NCBI GenBank assembly: GCA_021206555.1 | Contig: JAJOKA010000227.1 | Coordinates: 1-57,127, forward strand | Direction: 5' to 3' | DNA from: Candidatus Cloacimonadota bacterium | GTDB lineage: Bacteria > Cloacimonadota > Cloacimonadia > Cloacimonadales > Cloacimonadaceae | Length of the DNA: 57,127 nt | In this document: in pieces, positions 31,166 through 41,301 of the stretch | Position numbering within the stretch: the stretch's first letter is position 1 | Layout of the letters: each line of letters begins with the position of its first letter | Program-made: the position numbers and the translations under genes | Notes under the pieces: model-generated | Told to the model about the DNA's origin: nothing | The model's input: the letters and a program-made list of their open reading frames with translations, nothing else | Databases searched by the model: none

Positions 31166-31344
31166 CAAGTCACGAAGCCATAGTTTTTGAGAGTGGGATT
31201 TTCGTCAAGTGAGGAAATACAGATTAGCTTCATACCCGACTCAACTCCGGGTACTTCAGGCACATTGATATGCAGTAATACTAGGTATAGAAATATGTGA
31301 GCTCAGCGATATCAATGAATGTGACATCAGACAAAAAAAAGACC

Positions 31345-31373
31345 TTGACATTTAGCTGTGCTTAACATATATT
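31345..31373 (+). promoter_or_regulatory. Sigma-70-type promoter
   Basis: TTGACA (31345..31350), 17 nt spacer, TATATT (31368..31373). It sits in an AT-rich divergent intergenic region upstream of the beta-helix gene. Confidence 0.55.
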
Positions 31374-31589
31374 GGTTTTAGAGTTGTAAAGGCAGTTTTG
31401 ATTAAACAAACTAATGGCTTCCTTTTTGCTGTCAGTTGATTCCGGTGACTTTTTTATGAAACAGCCGTAAGGCTGAATATAAACAAAGGAGATCAGAAAC
31501 AATGATCAACACTATTCTAAAAAGTGCCCCCCCCCCGCACACGAGGATTCAAAACGCGCCGGTTGCATGCATCAGTTCAGCAATGCAGT

Positions 31590-34425
31590 ATGATGAAAAG
31601 CATCACAAATAGTGCTCACGCAACAGTCCAGAGGCTTCATCGCTTGTATTGTTTCCCAGCTTTTGTACTCGTTGTCATACTCGTTTTGGGCATATCAGGT
31701 TTGGGAGCAGAGGAGTTCTACGTCGACGTAAATTCAAGCAATCCCAACCAGTCAGGATCAATCACCGAGCCTTTTCACTCAATCAATGCCGCCGTTCTCT
31801 ACATTTACAACGGTCACACACCCTTGGATAATGTTGCCGATATCTTGATACTACCAGGAACCTATGTCGAGAACATTACTATTCGCTTTTCATATTACAC
31901 ATCCACGATAACGCTGTGGAACTTCCAAGCATATACGGGAGGTGTAACAATTATCGGATACACATTGGGTGACCCGATATTTTAGTGTGGAGTCGATGAT
32001 GGGATCAAGTGTGACCTTTCAAGATCTTGACTTCGCCACAACCTCCCTGCAGGTTAACAAGGCATTTTCGGTCACAGCCCCCAATATAATAGGAACTTTG
32101 AAGTTTAGTAATTGCAGTTTTTCGGGGTTCAAACATAGTATACTCATTACTGAGGTACAAGATTCCGAAGAAATAATGAATGTATCCAACTTCGAAGTAG
32201 CTGATTGTTACTTTGAAGGGATACATGAAGGCGGGGTCGGCATTTATACCTATGCACGAAGCGACGAGCTTTATGGGGAGGATTACCCTTTGTCCCCAAC
32301 ATCTCAATCCACAACAACACATTTAGCGATAATGGCATAACTCAACCGGCTCAGTATTATTCATACGAGTGCATCACCATAAGGAATTGGCGGAAGGTGG
32401 CCCCTGCTTATGAGCAGGTTCACATATTCGAAAATAGTTTTGAGGGCAGCACCGCAAATGTGTACCCATTCGGAGTGATTCTTGACAGACTTAACAGGCA
32501 GTACAATTGGTTTTCGCAAATAGCGTGTAAAGCCTTTGTCTATGATAATGTATTCATGAATCATCGTGTGCTTGCTGATATCTCAAAACTAAAGTTTACT
32601 GATAATCAAGCCGAGATCACCCAAAACTGCTCCCCTGTCCTTTCTTACTTTTCAGTATCTATCTACTGAAAGCGAGACTCACGCAGACACACTTTGGACA
32701 GAGCGCAATATCGTCCACGCCCCACACGCATATTCGCTGTCCCATGCTATACTCAAGGACAAGCAGAACTCATTCTTTGGTAGTGAGAAATTTATAAATG
32801 CCAATGATAGCCATGCCAGTATTGAGAATAGTCTCGTCAACGGATATAGCCAATACTTCGGGCTTACGGGGCTGAGTGCAGTAAACACAACTCACAGCTA
32901 CTACGATGTATTGGAAAACAACAACCTGGTGACTTATGAGAATTGTCTATCCCAAGTGGACCCTTTGATAAGCCATCATTCGACGGGTTTGGGGTATAGT
33001 TTGCTATGGAATAATGACAATCGTAGTCCACTCATAATGGCAGGCATTGGCACTACCGGAGCAATGGGGCAATCTACACGAAATGACAGATTGGACATTG
33101 GCGCAGTCCAATATGACGAGTACCCGCATGAATACATCACCTACACATTCCCTTCCTATTCTCAGAGAAATGGTTTGAAATGGATGAGTTTCCCCAGTTT
33201 GGACAGGATTTGGAACCCGACGACAGATGATCCTGATGTGGCTCAAGTGTTCTTTGAACCTATAATTGATGAAGATATTCTTGATCAAATAGCTTGGAAA
33301 GTTTTGGATGATGCAGCCGAGGATATCCACTTTGTTACTGGGCAAGGCTGGCAAGGAGACATGTACCATAACATAATCCCCCAGCAGGGCTATAAGATCC
33401 AAATGGCGCAAGGGCTTCAGGATCCGCAAAACATTGCGGTGCCAGGATTAATCCCCATCGTAAGTCAGAATCCTCTAAGCATCAAGGCAGCATCTGCAAG
33501 CAAAGCCGTTGATATCGGGAATGAAAACTGGTTGGGCTATTTCCATGAAACAACTGTGGAAGCTGCGGATGCCTTCGAAGGAATCATTGATAATCTATGG
33601 AGCATCCAAACCCAAAACTGGACGATGGTGAGGGAAGACATGGTTCCCGGCAGTCCCTGGATATACGCGCTACAACATGGCAAGGATCCAGTTCTGAGTT
33701 ATGGAGATATGGTGATCGTGAAGTGCTTTGAGGATGCCCAATTTTATTGGAACACCGCTGCGCTTGAGCAGATACCACTTGAAAAAGAGCTTCCCGACCA
33801 CTTCGATTTTGAAGAGAAGCCGGATTACATCCCATTCTACGTGGAACTGGACGCAAATGATCTACCCCGCGAGATTGCTTTGTATGTGGATGATGTATGT
33901 AAAGGGGCGGCTGTAGTAAACGACAGTTTCGTGGAAATCCCGGGCTATATTGTGGATAATCCTGATCCAAATGCCGAAGTGGAGATTCGTGCATTATACG
34001 AGAGTAAAGCCGCAGTGCATCTTATCCCAGAGTTCAGAGTGTGGAATCAGACCCAAGGAATCTATGAGAGCAAACCCATAATCCTGAACAGCAAAGACTA
34101 TTATTACAAATTGAGATTAGCAAGTAGTGAAGAGGATAGCCCTGTTACTCCGGAGCCTGGCCTACAGGTTTATCCCAATCCCTTTAATCCCAGCACTACG
34201 ATCAAGTTTAGCCTTCCCGCCTCGGGAGAGATCCAGCTTGATATATACAACCTGAAGGGACAACTGGTGTGCAATCTGGCCAAAGGTGAGCTAATGTCTG
34301 GAAAGCACAGCATTGTGTGGGACGGCACCGATAATCAGCATAAAAAGGTAAGCAGTGGATTGTATTATAGTAAATTGAGCTATCAAAACACAAGCTTCGT
34401 CAAGAAAATGGTAATGCTTAAATAA
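31590..34425 (+). CDS. Right-handed beta-helix surface protein with a T9SS C-terminal sorting domain (at least 3 frameshifts)
   Basis: ORFs 31524..31985, 31969..32340, 32397..32669 and 32911..34425; the last frame is open back to about 32640. Start MMKS at 31590 with signal segment FPAFVLVVILVLGISGLGA. ITEPFHSINAAV..ILILPGTYVENITI parallels the next gene. C-terminus VYPNPFNPSTTIKFSLPASGEIQLDIYNLKGQLV..WDGTDNQHKKVSSGLYY. Confidence 0.6.
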
Positions 34426-34435
34426 GCAGTAATTT

Positions 34436-34476
34436 CAGTTCAGGTGCCGTTGCTTAGTAGCTCGGCATCTGAACTG
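34436..34476 (+). terminator. 14-bp stem hairpin downstream of the stop; possible terminator but no U-tract
   Basis: CAGTTCAGGTGCCG-13 nt-CGGCATCTGAACTG with one G.U pair, starting 11 nt after the stop at 34425. Confidence 0.35.
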
Positions 34477-34523
34477 GATTAGAAAATAATCCCGAATCGA
34501 ATAGTCAGGATCGAGGTGAAACT

Positions 34524-36890
34524 ATGAACCTTAAAAAAAGCATCCATAAAATGCTACTGCTAATGATGATAACCGTATTGAGCCCAAACTTGGGCCTGGC
34601 CCTAACCCATAGAGTGGCTATGGATGGCAGCCAGCCTTTTAGCCAGATTCAGGATGCGGTAAGCGCTGCTGCCGATGGCGATACTATATTGGTGTATCCC
34701 GGCAGATACATCGAAAACGTGGACTTCAGCGGGAAAAACATCACCATTGCAAGTCTGGAGCTGATTACAGGCAATCCGTCCTACCGGGACAGTACCATCA
34801 TTGATGGCAACAATAGCGGATCCGTTGTAGAATCACTAAGCACCTTGCAAAGTGCCGGAATCTATGGTTTTACAATCACCAGAGGCTCGGGATCAGCCAT
34901 AACCTATTATCAAGGTGTCCAGATGAACTTAGGTGGCGGCATAGCCGTGCATAACGCAAGTTCATTCTACGTAGCGAACTGCATCATTGAGCACAACCGT
35001 GCTGATTGGGGTGGTGGACTTATGCTCTATCGCAGTACCGTTTACGCCAAAGACACCATAATCAGAGACAATTGGGCTACGATTGGGGGCGGAATTCATC
35101 TACGTAATCATGGCCGGATTGTCTTCGATCAAGTAGATCGCTGCAGTGTGTATAACAATACTGCGGGCACCGGGCAAGACATCATTGGCACAGATACCCG
35201 GCTGGAGACCAATATCTATCTGGATATGGCGACAATTTATCCCACTACAGATTACTTCATATTTTATTCCCGCAGTGTTCCAGAAGGGGTGTGGCCGGGT
35301 GGCTTTCCGGTAATCGACATCCAAAGAGGCTTCACCAGCGAAATCAACCTGGATATTTACGTCTCGCCCCATGGCCAGGATGATAACGACGGCCTAAGCC
35401 CGTCTACGCCAATGAGAAGCATCTATCGGGCATTGCAGATGGTTGCTTCGGACAGCCAATACCCAAAAACGGTTCATCTTGCACAGGGAGTTTATTCCAC
35501 CACTGAGGGTCAGTTCTTTCCCATCGGGATGAAGCCCCATGTGAAGATACTGGGAGATGCAGAGCATTGGCCGATTCTGGAAAATCTTGCGTATAGGGAG
35601 ACCATCACCGGCTCCCGTAGCCACAATGCCACAGTGGAAAACATCAGCATAGACTACGGAGATAATGATGAAGGGGCACAAGCAATATCAATAGGAATGT
35701 CTGACCAAGCTAAACTCAAGAACATCATCATTTTGCCGCATCAATCGAATACTTGGAAGGGGATTGGACTTGGGTCCAATACTAACTACCCTGTTGCTGT
35801 CTATGTAGAAAACGTGCACATTAGCGGTCAAACATCAAGATTCAATGCGGGCTTGATGCTCCACACTCTTGATGCAGAGGTGAGAGGCTTAACCATTGAT
35901 GATTGTCATGCCACCGGTAATCTATATGAGAGCCCTTACTCAATATTCTACCACCGCGGCAACAAGCTGACTATAGAAAATTCGCAAATCATCAATAGTA
36001 GCCTGCTCAACTATAATGCCGCAGTAGTTAGCATAGGTATGTCGCGCAGTGATTCCAACAGCCGCTTAATCATGAATAATGTACTTGTGGCCAACAATAG
36101 CAGTGGCAGTGAATCTCCGGTTTTCATTTCTGCTTTCACTGATTCAACCTCACGGATTAGCAACTCCACCTTCGCCAACAACCGGGGTGGATATTATGCT
36201 GCGACACTGAATGGTAATCTTCAGGTATCAAACTGTATATTCGATAATGACAGTCCTTCGGAGATTCGGGTAGAGAACAACAATCCTGATTTCACTTCCT
36301 CGCATACTTATAATAACAACTTTATCAGAGGCTATCCCCAAAGTTTGTCTTCGGTTGCCCTGAATCTGATTAGTTTCAACGATATTGTGCTAACCGGAAA
36401 TCCGGGCTTCAGTAGCGATTTGGCAAATGACCCTCTCTCCTACCGCCTTAGCAATGGATCTATCTGTAGAGATATGGGAACTCCCGATACCACAGGCCTA
36501 TATCTACCCGAAGTGGATTTGTATGGCAACCAACGTGTATTTGGCTCAGCTATCGATATTGGCTGCAACGAATGGAGCCATCCGGTGAGCCTTGAAGATC
36601 ACATGATTCCCATAGGCTTGGCAGTTTCGGCCTATCCCAATCCCTTTGTGGATGGGGTGAGCATCGGCTATAACCTGGATAAAGCGGCAAGGGTGAAGCT
36701 GCAAATCTACAACCTGAAGGGGCAATTGGTTCGAACTCTGGTGAAAAATACTCAAAGCAAAGGAGAGCAGCTCAGCGTGTGGGAAGGCACTGATGACAAA
36801 GGCATTGAAGTATCTGCGGGCATATATCTGATCCGACTATCCGTGGATGACAATCCTCCGGGTCTCTCCAAGCTGATTAAAGTGAAGTAA
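34524..36890 (+). CDS. Right-handed parallel beta-helix repeat protein with a T9SS C-terminal sorting domain
   Basis: 788 aa, intact. Signal peptide. QPFSQIQDAVSAAADGDTILVYPGRYIENVDFSGKNITI. Many GGG/NN-rich helix turns. C-terminus AYPNPFVDGVSIGYNL..VKLQIYNLKGQLVRTL..WEGTDDKGIEVSAGIYLIRL. Confidence 0.75.
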   Translation: MNLKKSIHKMLLLMMITVLSPNLGLALTHRVAMDGSQPFSQIQDAVSAAADGDTILVYPGRYIENVDFSGKNITIASLELITGNPSYRDSTIIDGNNSGSVVESLSTLQSAGIYGFTITRGSGSAITYYQGVQMNLGGGIAVHNASSFYVANCIIEHNRADWGGGLMLYRSTVYAKDTIIRDNWATIGGGIHLRNHGRIVFDQVDRCSVYNNTAGTGQDIIGTDTRLETNIYLDMATIYPTTDYFIFYSRSVPEGVWPGGFPVIDIQRGFTSEINLDIYVSPHGQDDNDGLSPSTPMRSIYRALQMVASDSQYPKTVHLAQGVYSTTEGQFFPIGMKPHVKILGDAEHWPILENLAYRETITGSRSHNATVENISIDYGDNDEGAQAISIGMSDQAKLKNIIILPHQSNTWKGIGLGSNTNYPVAVYVENVHISGQTSRFNAGLMLHTLDAEVRGLTIDDCHATGNLYESPYSIFYHRGNKLTIENSQIINSSLLNYNAAVVSIGMSRSDSNSRLIMNNVLVANNSSGSESPVFISAFTDSTSRISNSTFANNRGGYYAATLNGNLQVSNCIFDNDSPSEIRVENNNPDFTSSHTYNNNFIRGYPQSLSSVALNLISFNDIVLTGNPGFSSDLANDPLSYRLSNGSICRDMGTPDTTGLYLPEVDLYGNQRVFGSAIDIGCNEWSHPVSLEDHMIPIGLAVSAYPNPFVDGVSIGYNLDKAARVKLQIYNLKGQLVRTLVKNTQSKGEQLSVWEGTDDKGIEVSAGIYLIRLSVDDNPPGLSKLIKVK

Positions 36891-36912
36891 TCCATCCTGC
36901 ACAAACACCTGA

Positions 36913-39129
36913 TTATCTGAGAGAATAGCTCAGCTTGAGCCCGGTAGCCCAATTGAAGCCCGGTTGCGGGATATATGCATATATTTCGTAGCGCTGATTG
37001 AGGATGTTGGCCAGCCGCGCGTCCAGCATCAGTTCGAAACGATAGATGCGGAATTTGTGCATCAAATCCAGATCCAGATTGGAAAACCCGGGCAAGGGAT
37101 CAATGAGATTATCCACTGTGCTGTATTGCTCTCCGGTATGGTTCCAGTTTATGGTTACTGCGCGTGATTCATCAGCCAGTTTGAGTGCCAGTTGGGATTT
37201 CAGCCTGGGTGTGTAGGTGAGATGTTTGCCATAAGTGGCCGAAGGGCTGCCATCTTCTTTTATGGAAAAATCTTTAGCTTCAGTGAGCGTGAGACCGCCT
37301 TTTACAGACAGCAAGCGGGATAGCTGCCATTGACCGCTCAGTTCATAGTTCGTGATCCGGGCCTTCCCCACATTAAAAGGCTTCCAATGGCTGCCAAAGA
37401 GGAATATCTGTCGCCATTGGATCAGGTTCTCGATCTCGTTCAGATGGTAAGCAGCTTGCACTTGCCAGTTCTCGTGCTCCAAAGCGGCACGCAGGCTGTA
37501 ACCTTCGGAGATTTCGCTTTGTAACTCAGGATTACCCATGGTCTCACTATCCCCGATCCAATACATGTCATACAAAGATGGCAGCGAAAAAGCGGTTCCA
37601 TAGCTTGCGCCCAAGCGGTATTTTAGGCTAGCTTGATAGCTGAAATCCTGTTCTGCCCGCCAGGAATCGTGCACTTCAGAATCCGCGTAATCACGCCTGA
37701 GCGAGAGCTGGGAATACCCTTGCACAAAGGATAGACCATACTTCTGACCGGCACGGAGGCCAAGCGCAAAGTTATCGCGTTCACCCTTGCTGGTGGTGGA
37801 GCCTGACCCATACACATTGTGTTGGGTGAAGTCGTATGTCAAAGCCTTGTATTCCGTGATGCCTTCCAGGCTGCTTTGTCGCCACATCCAGCTTAGCCTG
37901 TCCTGCACTCCAATGTTGATTTGCGCCTGGGCATAATGGCTGGGATTAAGGGGGTTGGTGGAAGCCAGATTGCGAAAGCTGCTGCCATCGCTTTGGTGAA
38001 AGATCTGCGCTTCATTGCGTAACTCGCCCCTCTGCCATTGGTGCTTGAGAGTGTGATAGCTGTGCGAACCGCTGAGGCGGGAATCGTCGTACAAATCAGG
38101 AAAGTTGATCGGGCCCGGCAATTGGCGGATAAAGGAACCCAATCCGAGTGTGTATTCCAGGTTCTGCTTGCCGCTGTGGAAGGCTGTTTTCAAAAAAGAA
38201 GTTATCCGCTGTTTTCGCGTTATGCTTTCTGCTATAGGAGTTTCCGGGATCCCACCAGGCATCATAGGAAAAGTCGTTTCTCGCGAAGTAATGCTCATAG
38301 TTTACCCGCAAAGTCCATGCTTTTTGCAGATACGAGAGCTCATACTGCTGTCTGGCCATGGAGTATGATCCGAAACTGCTATGCGCGTTTATGTCCAGGC
38401 CTCTGCGCGTAGAGGACTCTTGGTGACGATGTTGACGATGCCACCGATGGCGGCAGAGCCAGCGTAGGCAGAGGAATTGCCTTTGATAATCTCGATGCGT
38501 TCGATCTGAGTCGCGGGAATCTTGCTAAAATCAAAGGCTTCGCCAGCAGCGTTTAAGGCCACTCCATCCAACAGCACCAGAGTGTAGGCGCGATAGCGAT
38601 CCCCAAAAAGTGATATCGTTTGCCGCTCCCCCAAAAGCCGGTTATCAGAGCTACTGAATGAGCTGGTGTCCAGCAGCAGGTCAGCCCCGCTTCTCGTGGC
38701 AGAATTGGTATCTGAATAGATCAGTTCAGTATCCAAAGCCGGGGTCGCGCTGCGATACTCCAGTTCGCGCACCCGGATCAGAGGATGGACGAGCTCCGCC
38801 CTCTGCAACACAATCGTGTACTGAGCAATATCTTTCAGGCTAAGGCTAAGGTCATTATAGCCCAAACGCGAAAAGGATACTCTTTCAGATCGGCTGCTGA
38901 CGGCTACCTTTCCCTCCGAGTCTGACACAGCCGTGCCTCCGGCATGCGTGACCCGCACATTGTCAAGGGCTTTGCCCTCGGGATCAAGCACTTGCAGTTC
39001 AATGAGTTTTGCGCTCAAAGGAAGCATAATGAGCAGTAAAATCAGGCTTGCCATTAGGACTTTCAGCCTGGACTTTAACAGCTTAAGCGGCAGGATGCCG
39101 CTTCCACATTCGAGTTCCTGTCTTTTCAT
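36913..39129 (-). CDS. btuB: TonB-dependent receptor, BtuB-like by riboswitch context (frameshifted)
   Basis: ORFs 38389..39129 (CarboxypepD_reg-like LIELQVLDPEGKALDNVRV, plug ..IERIEIIKGNSSAYAGSAAIGGIVNIVTK) and 36913..38298 (beta-barrel). It lies immediately downstream of cobalamin riboswitch copy 2. The ATG at 39129 follows GAGGTGA. Confidence 0.65.
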
Positions 39130-39159
39130 TTGTTCACCTCATCTTGTTTATTGTGACTC

Positions 39160-39370
39160 GAGATGAACTGCTTTTTCACGTCTCCCTCGCTCCGTGGATA
39201 CGCGTCAATACTTGTTGGCAGGTTTCCTGGCTCGCAGCGGTTTGCCTTTTCGGCTTATGCGGTGCCTTCCCATCCCTTTCAGAGACAGTGACACCGCAAA
39301 CCTTTGTGCTGCATACAGTGGCGGAGGCCGCTTCATTTGATGAATTCCCTATTACCTGTGTAAGCACCAT
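39160..39370 (-). promoter_or_regulatory. Cobalamin (B12) riboswitch, copy 2
   Basis: 39148..39378 aligns with 30937..31173. The roughly 165-nt aptamer core differs by only 2 substitutions and 1 indel, and carries the same B12 box and GCCACTG core. Confidence 0.88.
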
Positions 39371-39541
39371 CAAGTCACAGAGTGCACGGAATTCGGGCAT
39401 GCCGGTACTGTCAAGCAGATTCCGCGCTTCCCGATTGATAATTGAATTGACAAAAAGAGGACATCCCTGAGTTTGGCACGATTGGACAAATCTGTGAAAG
39501 ACAACTTGATGCATGTGTAAAACAAAAAAGATATATACTGA

Positions 39542-41301
39542 ATGCGAACATTTGACGCTATTCTTCCCTATCTGAAGAAGAGCTATGCCCAAATCGGTGG
39601 CGGCATCGTAATGCTAATCCTGGTTGACGTGGTACAATTGGCCATGCCCAAGGTGATGCAATACGCGATAGACAGCATCCAAAACCGCACCATCGATGAA
39701 CGGGGACTGGTTTGGGTGGGTCTGCTCATCTTTGCTTTGGCGATTGCGGTGATGGTTTTGCGCTATTTTTGGCGCATCCTGATCATAGGCAATTCGCATC
39801 GGATCGAAAAAAAGCCTGAGGCAGGATTTTTACAATCATCTCCTAAGGCTCTCGCAAAACTATTTTAACAAGAGCAAGACCGGGGATCTGATGGCCTATG
39901 CCACCAATGACCTCAATGCCGTGCGCATGCTCTTTGGCATGGGTCTGATCGCGGCGATGGACATCATATTGATGACCATTGCCAGCTTCTCCTTCATGGT
40001 CTCGATCGATCTCAGGCTCACCCTGCTGGCCATTATCCCGATGCCCTTTTTATCCTTTACCATCGGCTATTTCGGCAAAAAGATGCATAAGCGTTTTGCC
40101 GCTGTGCAAAAGAGCTTTGCCACTCTATCGGGAAGAATCCAGGAAAGCATCTCCGGTATCCGCATCGTGAAAGCCTTCAATCAGGAAAAGGCCGAACTGG
40201 CCAAAGTGGATGAAGTATCGCTGGAGTTCGTGGAGGAAAACATCTCCATGGCCAAGATTTCCGGCATCTTCCATCCTTTCATGAGCTTTGTAATCTCCAC
40301 ATCGATGATCATCACCCTCTTTTTTGGGGGCAGAGCAGCCATCCGTGGAGACATCACCATTGGAGGTTTCATCGCCTTTTTCCAATATCTGGGCATGCTC
40401 GTGTGGCCAATGATCGCCATCGGCTGGATCGTGGACATGTATCAAAGAGGTACTGCCTCACTGAAGCGACTGAATGAGATCTTCGAAGTGCAGCCTGAAG
40501 TGGATGATAGTGAAGCAGATCAGTCTATTCAGCATTTAGAAGGCAAGATTGAATTCAAAAACCTCAGTTTCCGTTTCGGAGAAGACCTGCCCTTGATCTT
40601 CAAGGATATCACCACCGGCATCGATGCCGGCAAAACACTGGCCATAGTAGGCCCCACCGGTTGCGGCAAGACCAGCCTTATCGAACTTTTGGTGCGCATC
40701 TATAATCCGCCCAAAGGCAGCATCAAGATCGATGGTCACGAGCTTTACCGCATCCCCTTGCAAGTGCTTAGGCGTGACGTGGTGCTCGTGCCGCAAGATA
40801 TCTTCCTCTTTAGCGACAGCATCGCCAATAACATCCGTCTGGGCAATCCTGACGCGTCCATCGAAGCCGTGTACGAAGCAGCCCGTATCGCCAACGTCTA
40901 TGAAGAAATCATGGACTTTGAACATAAGTTTGAAACAGTCGTCGGTGAACGGGGCATCACCCTCTCCGGAGGACAGAAGCAACGGGTGGCCATCTCTCGT
41001 GCCTTACTAACCGATCCCCAGGTGCTGATCCTGGATGACGCGCTTTCCGCCGTGGACACCAAAACTGAACGTCATATCCTGGAGCGCTTGATCGAAGTGA
41101 GAAAAGGGAAAACTACCATCATCATTGCCCATCGCATATCCTCCATTCAACACGCGGATAAAATCATCGTGCTGAGTGACGAAGTAATCAAAGAATACGG
41201 CACTCACAGCAGCCTGCTGAGAGCCGGACGGCATCTACCACGAACTCTTTGAGAAACAACGAATCCGGGCACGCCTGGAAGATGAGGAGGTGGAATCATG
41301 A
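39542..41301 (+). CDS. ABC exporter, fused permease/ATPase, subunit 1 of a heterodimeric pair (about 2 frameshifts)
   Basis: ORFs 39542..39868 and 39891..41252. They join as ..HRIEKSLRQDFYNHLLRLSQNYFNKSKTGDLMAYA.. if the A7 run 39807..39813 is read as A6. Walker A GPTGCGKTS, signature LSGGQKQR, Walker B LILDDALSAVD. The true C-terminus ..[22 protein letters not shown] overlaps the next ATG. Confidence 0.8.

Noticed and set aside
31200-34425. Calling 31.2..34.4 kb a horizontally acquired genomic island
   Set aside because: Only a modest, eyeballed GC drop supports it, about 33 to 47 percent in sampled 60-nt lines against about 48 to 55 percent elsewhere. There are no integrase or tRNA-flanking attachment repeats. 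It is mentioned only as context for the riboswitch duplication.
39378-39541. Sigma-70 promoters for riboswitch copy 2 and for the divergent ABC exporter; likewise 31174..31215 for copy 1
   Set aside because: A TTGAC(A/G) -35 box sits at a conserved distance upstream of both riboswitch copies, but the candidate -10 hexamers (TTCCGT and AACTAT) are poor. That is too weak to report as features.
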